Below are positions 44,577 to 52,814 of a stretch of DNA of 64,000 nt, one piece after another. The notes beneath the pieces are model-generated. The model ran no database searches and was not told the origin of the DNA. It saw only the letters and a list, made by a program, of their open reading frames with translations. The position numbers and the translations under genes were made by a program. The stretch lies in the sequence record MW812343.1. One strand, given 5' to 3'. The number at the start of each line of letters is the position of its first letter. Positions within the stretch are counted from its first letter, which is position 1.

Positions 44577-44634
44577 TAGCTCTCCTTACGAATCACCTCA
44601 CTATGAGTGAAGTGTTTTTACGTGAGGAGAGCTA
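44577..44634 (+). promoter_or_regulatory. 58-nt imperfect hairpin sequestering the Shine-Dalgarno of the next ORF
   Basis: TAGCTCTCCTTACG...CAC-C-TCACT-ATG-AGTGA-A-GTG...CGTGAGGAGAGCTA; SD GAGGAG (44624-44629) lies in the 3' arm. Confidence 0.65.
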
Positions 44635-44637
44635 TTT

Positions 44638-44970
44638 ATGTTTAACCCTAAAATTTCGTTTATCCCGGAAGCCGTCTGTACGCAAGAATACGCGCGGGTG
44701 ATTCCCTTCTTAAAGGACACACTTATGGCACAGCCTAAGCATGTTAACGTCGGTACCATTGGTCATGTTGACCATCAGCGTTCGGGGATCTCTGCGTGCA
44801 TCTCTGGTGCTCTGGGAACTCTACCGAAGACAACCACCTCGTGGGATATTGTCGCAGTCAAACCGCAACAGCCACTGAATGCAATGAATGCTTCCGTCGC
44901 TGAGTTGATTGAAGATGCGGTGCTAAACGGACGTGACGTCTACGTGGCCCACGTTCACCCTGAGGTGTAG
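44638..44970 (+). CDS. Small protein carrying an EF-Tu beta1/P-loop/alphaA-derived segment
   Basis: [12 protein letters not shown] is identical to EF-Tu, then [13 protein letters not shown] aligns to [13 protein letters not shown]. Alternative start at ATG 44725 after AAGGA (81 aa). Confidence 0.7.
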   Translation: [110 protein letters not shown]

Positions 44971-44972
44971 CG

Positions 44973-45485
44973 ATGAGCCAGGTGGATATCTACGGTGAAG
45001 AACATACGGTCGATGAACGCAATCGCGTCGAGTGGGCGATACTGGATAACCACCGTCGTAAACCGTACCAGTTCTTGCTGTGTGAAGAGTTAGGCCCGTA
45101 CGCATGGCACACACCCAAACAAATCGAACAGGCCAACAAAGACCGGATGTGGAGCATTTCGCCACGCGGTTTGGAACTTGCCCTGCGGCTGAAGATACCA
45201 GCGATTGGTATCGATCTGTGGGACGATGATGTTTTTGCCAAAGACATCAAAGACAAAAACGGCTACGCTGTCAATTTTAGCCGGAGTTTCTTCTTACGCG
45301 AAACCAAGATGGTTGAGACGATAGAGGAGTACCGATCGAAAGGTCGGTTGGCGGTCATGTTAGGTGACTCGCATTTACGCACCATTGCCACCAAAGAGTT
45401 GGGGGAGCCATCCCTCCTTTGGCAACGGTATCGCAGAGATAAGCAAGTGGTAATCTACCGTAGCCCTTGCAAAGAAATTGACTAA
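44973..45485 (+). CDS. Putative Tiki/TraB/ChaN/EreA-superfamily hydrolase-like protein
   Basis: IYGEEH, LLCEE, RETKM and VMLGDSH reproduce the GExH / E / RxxxM / GxxH motif set. Confidence 0.55.
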   Translation: MSQVDIYGEEHTVDERNRVEWAILDNHRRKPYQFLLCEELGPYAWHTPKQIEQANKDRMWSISPRGLELALRLKIPAIGIDLWDDDVFAKDIKDKNGYAVNFSRSFFLRETKMVETIEEYRSKGRLAVMLGDSHLRTIATKELGEPSLLWQRYRRDKQVVIYRSPCKEID

Positions 45486-45497
45486 GGATAACAGGCC

Positions 45498-45890
45498 ATG
45501 ACTTTCAGACCCGCCATTCAGACCGTGTACGACAAAGAAGACGAAGTGGTGAAAGAATTACCGTTCATTCACGAAATGATGCTTCGTTGGAAGTGCACCC
45601 AAATCGGTAACACGATGCTGACCCGTCTTAACTTCCTGCTGCGTTTAGAGCCGGTGATAGAGGCGTCGAATATCACGCCGAAATATCTACGACCTTCACT
45701 GTTCCGTGAAGTGAAGATGCTCACCCACGTTGGCGTGGATGTGCGGAAAGTCTGGCCTGCTATGATGGACGCACAGAAGTGCGAACAAATTACGTCAACC
45801 ATCAATCTTGTGTCTTGCCTTCGCCGTAGTGGAATACACCACGAAGGGTTGGAAGCCGCATTCGCTTCCTGGGTAAGGAAAAATAAATGA
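45498..45890 (+). CDS. Hypothetical protein
   Basis: 130 aa; AAGGA RBS. Confidence 0.7.
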   Translation: MTFRPAIQTVYDKEDEVVKELPFIHEMMLRWKCTQIGNTMLTRLNFLLRLEPVIEASNITPKYLRPSLFREVKMLTHVGVDVRKVWPAMMDAQKCEQITSTINLVSCLRRSGIHHEGLEAAFASWVRKNK

Positions 45891-46135
45891 CCAAAGTAAT
45901 ACCGGAGCATGTCTCCGAAGCCTTAAAAGAGTTGTCGGGTGTTCACCGACCACTCATCAGTGTGTGCAGTGAGTACGAACGCATCTATCTGCATTCGACA
46001 TTAGCCATTGCACTGCGGTGGTACGAGAAAGACCTTCGTCCGGTAGAGGAGGGCTATAAACGTACCTTCTACTACACCCGTAAAGAAGAGTTCCCACACA
46101 CAGTCGTCTTTACGCATGTCGATGAGGTTATCTAA
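45887..46135 (+). CDS. Hypothetical protein
   Basis: 82 aa; overlaps the previous stop; AAGGA RBS. Confidence 0.7.
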   Translation: MTKVIPEHVSEALKELSGVHRPLISVCSEYERIYLHSTLAIALRWYEKDLRPVEEGYKRTFYYTRKEEFPHTVVFTHVDEVI

Positions 46136-46136
46136 C

Positions 46137-46385
46137 ATGGTACAGTTTCGTGGTGATGGTTTTGTTGAGGTTCCGCGTCGTTGGAACCCGAAATCTATGG
46201 CAGCCCTCTGCGTAGCAAGCGCATTGAAGTGGCCGCAGACCTTGCGTACAGAAGCGGAGTTCATTGCGGTTCATCCACAGACTGACGGTGATTCTGTGTT
46301 GCGTCCGGCGATGACGGCGGCAATCGTGGCGCATGTTGAGAAAGGTGTACAGAGCGCGTGGTCACATGCTCGTCTTTCGCGATGA
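46137..46385 (+). CDS. Hypothetical protein
   Basis: ATG at 46137 after GAGGT. Confidence 0.55.
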   Translation: MVQFRGDGFVEVPRRWNPKSMAALCVASALKWPQTLRTEAEFIAVHPQTDGDSVLRPAMTAAIVAHVEKGVQSAWSHARLSR

Positions 46386-46851
46386 ACGTCATGTAGACGG
46401 CGACTTGTTTAATGCCCCGGAGACCTATAAGGTCATCACGATAAACTGTGTCGGGGCAATGGGCAAGGGTATTGCTTTAGCATGCCGTGAACGTTACCCC
46501 GATTTGTATGAAAACTATCGCGCGCGTTGCCGTGCCGGTGAAATCACCATCGGGCATGTCTACCTCTACGAAGAGGAGAAAATTATTCTGCTGCCAACCA
46601 AGACCCATTTTAAGATGCGGTCTGAGTTGTCATTCGTCACCTCGGGGATTGATGCGTTAGCCGACCTCGGACGTGACTTAAACGATTCCATTGCGATCCC
46701 TCCGTTAGGGATGGTTAATGGGTGGATGAAATGGAAAGAACGTGTAGAGGTGTATCACCACCTGTACAACCGGCTACAACCTGGAGAAACGAACTATCGC
46801 GTATACTTGCCTTTAGCATTAATCACAGAGGCAAAGAAAGCCTTAATCTAA
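46333..46851 (+). CDS. Macro domain protein (Appr-1-p processing / DarG-like ADP-ribosyl hydrolase)
   Basis: GDLF...INCVGAMGKGIA...YP...LPTK.HF...S...AIPPLG..NG. The start could be 46366. Confidence 0.88.
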   Translation: MLRKVYRARGHMLVFRDERHVDGDLFNAPETYKVITINCVGAMGKGIALACRERYPDLYENYRARCRAGEITIGHVYLYEEEKIILLPTKTHFKMRSELSFVTSGIDALADLGRDLNDSIAIPPLGMVNGWMKWKERVEVYHHLYNRLQPGETNYRVYLPLALITEAKKALI

Positions 46852-46855
46852 ACTT

Positions 46856-46873
46856 TCTTAAATAGATATTATC
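46856..46873 (+). promoter_or_regulatory. Early-promoter-like motif, variant copy
   Basis: TCTTAAATAGATATTATC, intergenic, same register as copies 1 and 2. Confidence 0.5.
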
Positions 46874-46966
46874 ACATGGGCACGTACCAAGGAGTCATTG
46901 CTGTCCGCGCCGTTATTCATGTTGGATAACGGAAAAGTATAAAGAACACCAACGGAGTATACGACG

Positions 46967-47731
46967 ATGTTACGTTTCATTCTTATTTGTTTGGCGACTA
47001 TGCTATCGTTCAACGCAGCAGCCATCACCTCGAGTCCAAAGAAGGACTACGCAACAGAGTTTAAAATGATTGAGGGCCGGTTTGAAAAGGTTCGCCCTCT
47101 CATCGTAAAAATCAGTAACGAGCAGGGTGTCCATTCGGGCCTTATGACCACGCTGATTTATAAGGAATCCACGTTCAACCGCATGGCGGTGAATAAACAA
47201 GGTAGTAGTGCAAAAGGGCTCGTCGGTATGACTGACCCCACCAAGCGAGCGATGCTCAAAATGTACGGTAAGCAGCTTGGTCTTGCTCGCAATGCAGACA
47301 TTCACAATTCGCGCGTGGCCATTAAATTAGCCTCGGCCTATCTTAACCATGTCGAAAACGATATGACCAAACGCTTGAAGCGTCCTGTGTCTAACGGAGA
47401 AATTTATCTGGGCTACAAATTCGGCCCTGCGGGTGCTATCGCTATGCTCAAAAAGAAACCGTCTAAGGCGGCTCGTGAGCTTCGCTCCTACAAACGGGAT
47501 GCGGCCTTCTATGGCGCGTTGGTTAAGCCTATCGATGCATCTGAACCTGTAAAAGAAACTGCCGCAGTGAAACCTGACGACAGTGAGAAAGTCGCTGAAC
47601 TCCAAGAGATTTGGCATACCTTGTACGGCGCATACGCGCCAGTAACCCGCACGACATTGCTGGCGTCTACATTGACTATAGGAGCACCACTTGAACATCG
47701 TCCAACAACCTTGGTATCCCGCACTATGTAA
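46967..47731 (+). CDS. Lytic transglycosylase (SLT domain) with Sec signal peptide
   Basis: Signal ...FNAAA; LIYKESTFN (catalytic Glu), SSAKGLVGMT, N..LASAYL and YLGYKFGP. Confidence 0.82.
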   Translation: MLRFILICLATMLSFNAAAITSSPKKDYATEFKMIEGRFEKVRPLIVKISNEQGVHSGLMTTLIYKESTFNRMAVNKQGSSAKGLVGMTDPTKRAMLKMYGKQLGLARNADIHNSRVAIKLASAYLNHVENDMTKRLKRPVSNGEIYLGYKFGPAGAIAMLKKKPSKAARELRSYKRDAAFYGALVKPIDASEPVKETAAVKPDDSEKVAELQEIWHTLYGAYAPVTRTTLLASTLTIGAPLEHRPTTLVSRTM

Positions 47732-48203
47732 AGCAGCGCAATTGACAGCCGAAGATATTCTGTCAATTGCCTTAGGGGCCGATACCATCGACCCTCTGAA
47801 GCCGTTTACTCGTGAAGAGTTTGCGGAACGTCACAACTTCTGGGATGCGTTTGACAATGCCTTCGGCGATACCGAAGACGCGGAGTTCGACTGGAATGCA
47901 AACCAAGCGGTGATGTGGATTTGCGGCATGCGTCCGTATGTTGACGAAACGGAAGCAGGGCACGTTCTGACGTGGCGTCAGAATCAGCCGTACAACCGTG
48001 GCCTGAGCTTCACCGAAGCGTATATGGAAGCGTCTGTTGCCTTACAGAACCTCTTCTGGGGTGAGTCAGCCTACGTCCAGCGTTCCTTCCTGACCATTCT
48101 GGAAAAGCTCAAGCAGACGCACAAAATCTGGCGCAGTGATACCGCCCCAGAGCATCTGTTTGTGTTGGAATACCAAGTGGTGCCTAACCAGCCGTTAGTG
48201 TAA
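47691..48203 (+). CDS. Hypothetical protein
   Basis: 170 aa; AGGAG RBS; overlaps the SLT tail. Confidence 0.7.
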   Translation: MNIVQQPWYPALCKAAQLTAEDILSIALGADTIDPLKPFTREEFAERHNFWDAFDNAFGDTEDAEFDWNANQAVMWICGMRPYVDETEAGHVLTWRQNQPYNRGLSFTEAYMEASVALQNLFWGESAYVQRSFLTILEKLKQTHKIWRSDTAPEHLFVLEYQVVPNQPLV

Positions 48204-48211
48204 CCGAAAAC

Positions 48212-48248
48212 GCCAGACCTTTCGGGGTCTGGCTGCTTTATTTTATTT
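48212..48248 (+). terminator. Intrinsic terminator
   Basis: GCCAGACC(T)-TTCG-(G)GGTCTGGC followed by TGCTTTATTTTATTT. Confidence 0.75.
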
Positions 48249-48269
48249 ACCCCCACAAGGAGAATCATT

Positions 48270-48758
48270 ATGTTTGCACGCTATCAACGCTGGGGACACA
48301 ACGATCCCTATGCCTACTTCATGTTGAATAGTCTGGTTGTTTGTTTCTTTATTTACTTGTACGGTATCTACGTGCTAGACCAAGACCCGGCAGGGGCTTT
48401 CCTGTTTGTCTTTATCGGCATGTGGGCCATCTGCTGTAGCATCATGGCTATCTTGTACCGCTTGACCATGGTAGAGCACTGGATAGACCGTTCAGGTTAC
48501 ACGTTAGAAGAATTGGCATGGTTGAAACGTCTGGCGGCGAACGAAGTCCGGGGTCTGTACAAAACCGCAGACTGGGAAGACTTACGGCGTGCTGCGAAAG
48601 CGGTTCATCGCGAATTACCGAACCTCGATTTCGACTATGTTCTCATGGCCGTTGTTTGGGCACAGAGTGACAGAAACAAACCGGTTAAGGTCTGCGAAGA
48701 GGCCACCGACTTTGCTGCATTCAACCCGAAAATTTGGCACATCATCAATTACGTTTAA
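48270..48758 (+). CDS. Membrane protein (2 TM)
   Basis: Two hydrophobic segments; AAGGAG RBS. Confidence 0.7.
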   Translation: MFARYQRWGHNDPYAYFMLNSLVVCFFIYLYGIYVLDQDPAGAFLFVFIGMWAICCSIMAILYRLTMVEHWIDRSGYTLEELAWLKRLAANEVRGLYKTADWEDLRRAAKAVHRELPNLDFDYVLMAVVWAQSDRNKPVKVCEEATDFAAFNPKIWHIINYV

Positions 48759-48770
48759 GGAAAAATAATA

Positions 48771-49334
48771 ATGAGTAATACTTCTTTGGTTAAATTGGCA
48801 GAAATCAGGAAACCGGTACACCCCTTTCGGTTATACGTTCTCACACGCTGGCGTTTCGCTTCCACCTATATGGTTCTGGTAATTCTTTGTCTTATTTCCT
48901 CGGTCATCTTGTCCGCGTTAACGACGTGGGAAGCGTTCGATTTGTTGGTTGTCGAGTCGTTCATTGTTCCGGCATTGGGTACGCTTTGTGTGACCGGTTA
49001 TTTAAAACGTCGTTGGGTTCAGAAGTCCCCACTCACCATGGATGACGTTTATGAATTGACCGGTTACGGAACGTGGCTAATCCGCAAGTATGGCAAGCGG
49101 ATATCTTGGCCTGCTATTTGTGCAGCTGCGTCTAATCCAGAACCGAAGGTGCCGCCCACTGAACACCACGCTGGTGCTCCACGCTTTGACCGTGACTTTC
49201 CGCAAGAAGCGGTCTTAGGGGGTATCCTCTGTGCCTTAGTTCGCGAAGCCGGTTGGGATGCATTGCCGCAAGAAGCCGTAAACGCTATGTATTACTATCC
49301 GAGTATCTACAAGCCGTTCTACGGCCGCTACTGA
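48771..49334 (+). CDS. Membrane protein (2 TM), probable paralog of 48270..48758
   Basis: After the TM segments, RWVQKSPLTMDDV aligns with HWIDRSGYTLEEL. Confidence 0.65.
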   Translation: MSNTSLVKLAEIRKPVHPFRLYVLTRWRFASTYMVLVILCLISSVILSALTTWEAFDLLVVESFIVPALGTLCVTGYLKRRWVQKSPLTMDDVYELTGYGTWLIRKYGKRISWPAICAAASNPEPKVPPTEHHAGAPRFDRDFPQEAVLGGILCALVREAGWDALPQEAVNAMYYYPSIYKPFYGRY

Positions 49335-49388
49335 TTTATTACACAACCTCTCTATTTAATGACTATCTAAACCACAAGGAATAACACC

Positions 49389-50270
49389 ATGTTTCATGCG
49401 TCCGTAATCGAAGCCCTCGTTACCCGTATCCAGTCCCGTGATTTTGCTTATCCACTGAATGCGCTGAATGCACTCAGTAATCTGGTTGTTCTGCGTAACG
49501 CGGGGCTGAATACTGTCACCGTACAAGAACTCGACGCGCTGCTTCACTGCGAACTGGAAAAGGTCTTCCCACTCCCAGCCATGCAAATTACCGTCGATGG
49601 CGTCGAAAATACGGTGAGTATTAACGGTCACAAATTCCACCACCCGGACGAAGAAGCGATGAAGTTGACGTGGCGTCCGCATCCAGCGTGGGGTGTTGTG
49701 GTCAAAGACGAAGCCGGTGTGTATCAACTCATCGCTTCGGCTGATCCGTACCGTATTCCGCGCGGCCAGCTGTCTATCCCGTTCGACTACGCAGAATACG
49801 AAACGTCGATGGGCGCAATCAAGCAAGACAACATGCTGATTTCTCGTGGGCAGGTTATCTGGGAAATTCGCAGCTGGCAGGATGTGTCTAAAATTCTGAA
49901 CAGTCACGAATACTTCGAAATGGGCATTAGCCGTCGTCAGCCGCAGTTATCCGATGAATCCCCTACCCTGCTCGGCAACGAAGACGATCTGAAAACCACC
50001 TTCGTTGACGTTGCTCTGCTGGAAGAACGCGGTCTGGTAATCGGGCCTTACGGTAACTCGGTGCTGGAACTGGTTGACCGTCTGATTAAAGTCGAAGATG
50101 AAACCGTGAAGGTGGATATCGACGAAGAACAGATGGCTATCACAGCGATGATTCACAAAGCGCTGGACTGGGACGGTCTGCTTGCCAAACTGCAAGCGTT
50201 GCCCGCTAAGAAGCGCACCCGTGCTCAAGTCCGTAACGCCCTGACTGCTTTCCTAGCCCAAGGCAAATAA
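49389..50270 (+). CDS. Hypothetical protein
   Basis: 293 aa; AAGGA RBS. Confidence 0.8.
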   Translation: MFHASVIEALVTRIQSRDFAYPLNALNALSNLVVLRNAGLNTVTVQELDALLHCELEKVFPLPAMQITVDGVENTVSINGHKFHHPDEEAMKLTWRPHPAWGVVVKDEAGVYQLIASADPYRIPRGQLSIPFDYAEYETSMGAIKQDNMLISRGQVIWEIRSWQDVSKILNSHEYFEMGISRRQPQLSDESPTLLGNEDDLKTTFVDVALLEERGLVIGPYGNSVLELVDRLIKVEDETVKVDIDEEQMAITAMIHKALDWDGLLAKLQALPAKKRTRAQVRNALTAFLAQGK

Positions 50271-50316
50271 ATAAAAAGCCTACCTACCCCGTCGGGGTAG
50301 GTAGCTTTATTTTTTT
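50268..50316. terminator. Bidirectional intrinsic terminator (CCTAC/GTAGG family)
   Basis: A-tract, CTACCTACCCC-GTC-GGGGTAGGTAG, CTTTATTTTTT. Confidence 0.85.
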
Positions 50317-50932
50317 AGTTTGTTAAGCCCGCGTCTTTGATAATTTTCAACATGTTGTCGTTCATTACCTGTAGCTCGTTAGCCCGTTGCGTTTCGGCTG
50401 CCAGTTGCTCCGTCAGAGGTGCAGTTTGGCGAATGGTCGCTTTGCGTCTCGCCTCCATCTTGATATGGTCTTCTTCAGTGACTGTCCCCTCGTATTGCAG
50501 GACGGTTAATTCACCGGTCGTTTCCACACCCACTTGGGATTTGATTAACGCAACGATGTCATCGTTCAACTTACTGACATCCACATAGCTCGGCGTCAGA
50601 CCCAAATCAAACACATACACGTTGCGTGTGTACGCAATCGAGTTTTGTCCGGGGTAATCTGCCAAGAACGTGTTCGGGACATAACGGACTTCACCGTCGG
50701 TTGACTCAAAGGTTAAGATTGCAGCCTTAACATCTGCGTCGTCGAGGTAGTCCTGCCGTGTTAGCCCGTACGGCTCGTAATACTTGAGATAGACATCTTC
50801 TCCATCACGAACCAGTTCAGGAAACGTACGAATCGCTTCCAGCTTGAACACCACGTTATTGGGCATTTCAAACGGGGTATTCGCCGTGAACAACCCGGCA
50901 AGGTTTACCTCTGGTGTCAAAGGTATCCGCAT
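50315..50932 (-). CDS. Putative virion structural protein
   Basis: 205 aa; AAGGAG RBS; function inferred from synteny in phiKZ-like phages. Confidence 0.55.
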   Translation of the reverse strand: MRIPLTPEVNLAGLFTANTPFEMPNNVVFKLEAIRTFPELVRDGEDVYLKYYEPYGLTRQDYLDDADVKAAILTFESTDGEVRYVPNTFLADYPGQNSIAYTRNVYVFDLGLTPSYVDVSKLNDDIVALIKSQVGVETTGELTVLQYEGTVTEEDHIKMEARRKATIRQTAPLTEQLAAETQRANELQVMNDNMLKIIKDAGLTN

Positions 50933-50942
50933 TTACGACTCC

Positions 50943-52301
50943 TTACTGCCAAACAGCGCTACGTGCCAGAACACGGAACTCGATGTTGTCGAACTCAAAG
51001 ACCCAGAAGGTTAAACCGCCGTGGTCTTCATCTTCCATTTTCACTACGTTCAGGGACGAGTTATATGGATGGTACTCTTCGGCCGCAATGAGGGCTTCGA
51101 GGTATAAGCTCAACCACTCGGTGGTCGGTTTTGACACGCGAGAGATATCCGGGTTGCTGCTGCCAATCAACGCATAGTCTGGAATGACGTCAACCAAAGA
51201 GGCTTTCTTCTTGTCATTCTCAGGACCAGCGATAGCGATAGCATTGAGCGATTTATAAATGCTCGGCAGGTCAGAAACTTCGGTAGTCGGCAACGGGATA
51301 GTTCCGTTATTTTTCTCAGCGGCCGTTAGTGCCTGCCACTCCCCGAACTTGGAAATGGCCTTTACCTGGAGATCATATGGGAACAGGGGCAAATATAGCG
51401 CCGCAACATCTTCTTGGTTTGGAATCCCTCGGATAGACCAGCCAGGAATAATGGTGAATTTGGTGGTGGTGAAGATTTCCGGGAAGACCGGCACCCAATC
51501 CTTAACGCCGTAATCCGAGTTCGCCAGAATATAATCACGGAGCGCCTGCTTCTGGCGAGTGGGGTTCAAACCTGCCCGACCGTAGATTATGAGGGTCATC
51601 GGAATGACCAACGTAGCCTCATAATCTTCGCGATCGTGCCAGGTATAGTTGTGCGTTAAACGCGCCGTAAATGGATAACCGTCAGCGAGTACGTTGACTT
51701 TATCATCGTGGTCGGGTAAGTTGAAAGATTCCATCGCTTTTGCGACAACCGTTTTGACAGCTTGGAAAGTGTCAACCGGCATGATGGGCATCTGAACTTC
51801 AATTTCCCAACCGAGATAGTCTTGATCAAAATCAGCGTCTGAGAACCAAACCATAATTTGGTTATCAACATCCGAAGGACTTTCTACCTTATCCTTCGTG
51901 GTTTCGAATTTCCAGCTCACCCAGCGTGGGAACCAGTTACCGTTTGCCTGAATCATGGCACCCGTCTGCACATTGCTGATTGTGGTTTGGAATTGTCCCA
52001 CTAACAAACGCTGAAACTCTGACTCGTCGTTTTTCGTGTTGCCCAGTATCGCTTGGTTATAAATCCACTGGGACAACGTCAGGACGTGGTCAGTAAAGAT
52101 TGCCGGTACTTTTACCTTCTTTTCATCTCGAAGGTACGTGAACGCCACTAATTCAACCTGAAGGTTAGACTTAGCGAATTTCTGTTTGTTCTTCGCAAAA
52201 GACCAACTTTGATCGGATAACTCACCTACTGGAGCAACTGCACCTTCAGGAGCGTTATCGATTAGTGCCGGTATTTCAATGAAGCCTTGTAAATTGAACA
52301 T
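50943..52301 (-). CDS. Putative virion structural protein (452 aa)
   Basis: Start moved to ATG 52301 (MFNLQGF) after GGAG; function inferred from synteny. Confidence 0.55.
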   Translation of the reverse strand: MFNLQGFIEIPALIDNAPEGAVAPVGELSDQSWSFAKNKQKFAKSNLQVELVAFTYLRDEKKVKVPAIFTDHVLTLSQWIYNQAILGNTKNDESEFQRLLVGQFQTTISNVQTGAMIQANGNWFPRWVSWKFETTKDKVESPSDVDNQIMVWFSDADFDQDYLGWEIEVQMPIMPVDTFQAVKTVVAKAMESFNLPDHDDKVNVLADGYPFTARLTHNYTWHDREDYEATLVIPMTLIIYGRAGLNPTRQKQALRDYILANSDYGVKDWVPVFPEIFTTTKFTIIPGWSIRGIPNQEDVAALYLPLFPYDLQVKAISKFGEWQALTAAEKNNGTIPLPTTEVSDLPSIYKSLNAIAIAGPENDKKKASLVDVIPDYALIGSSNPDISRVSKPTTEWLSLYLEALIAAEEYHPYNSSLNVVKMEDEDHGGLTFWVFEFDNIEFRVLARSAVWQ

Positions 52302-52323
52302 AAAAATAAACTCCGAGGTGAGC

Positions 52324-52812
52324 ATGATAGCTGCAATTATTAAACTGCTTCCTTTTCTCCAACTGCTTTTAGAAGCATTCAAACCGGGTGAAGGAGAAAA
52401 GGTAACCCGAGCCAATAAAATCACAGCACTCGCAATCGTTTTACTTCTGACGTATTCACTCTTTGTGTCATACGCCTACGTTGACCAGTTTCATAAATTG
52501 GTTCAGATTCGAGAACACGACCAGTACATCGCTCGTCAAAACGACGAACGTGGGGAGACCATCAAAACCCAGGCTGATGAGTTAAGAACGCTCTACAGCC
52601 GTATTTTCGAATGCTTGAGCAATCGACCATATGATGGCGCGAAGGGCGCAGCGGCGATTCCACCCCCTGCCCCAGTAGCGGTGCCCCAGACACCGGTTCA
52701 CACTGAAACCAAAGGATCTGACAACAAGCGTGAAGCTGCCGCGAAGCCGGTAGGTGTAGTAGATATGAGTCAGTTCCGTCAAGAGCTACTCAGGAACTTA
52801 AACGAGGAGTGA
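52324..52812 (+). CDS. Candidate inner-membrane spanin (i-spanin)
   Basis: Single TM (ITALAIVLLLTYSLFVSYAYV), then a helical region with Cys and a Pro-rich linker; adjacent to a lipoprotein gene. Confidence 0.5.
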   Translation: MIAAIIKLLPFLQLLLEAFKPGEGEKVTRANKITALAIVLLLTYSLFVSYAYVDQFHKLVQIREHDQYIARQNDERGETIKTQADELRTLYSRIFECLSNRPYDGAKGAAAIPPPAPVAVPQTPVHTETKGSDNKREAAAKPVGVVDMSQFRQELLRNLNEE

Positions 52813-52814
52813 AA

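Noticed and set aside
44725-44775. EF-Tu fragment as a plant immune elicitor (elf18)
   Set aside because: The N-terminal SKEKFER part of elf18, which is needed for EFR recognition, is absent; only the HVNVGTIG half is present.
44638-44970. Functional tuf gene or recent tuf pseudogene
   Set aside because: Only about 25 residues align, the GKT motif is lost and the rest of the ORF is unrelated to EF-Tu.
50943-52424. 493-aa version of the virion protein starting at 52424
   Set aside because: It would overlap the divergent membrane-protein gene by about 100 nt; ATG 52301 has an SD.
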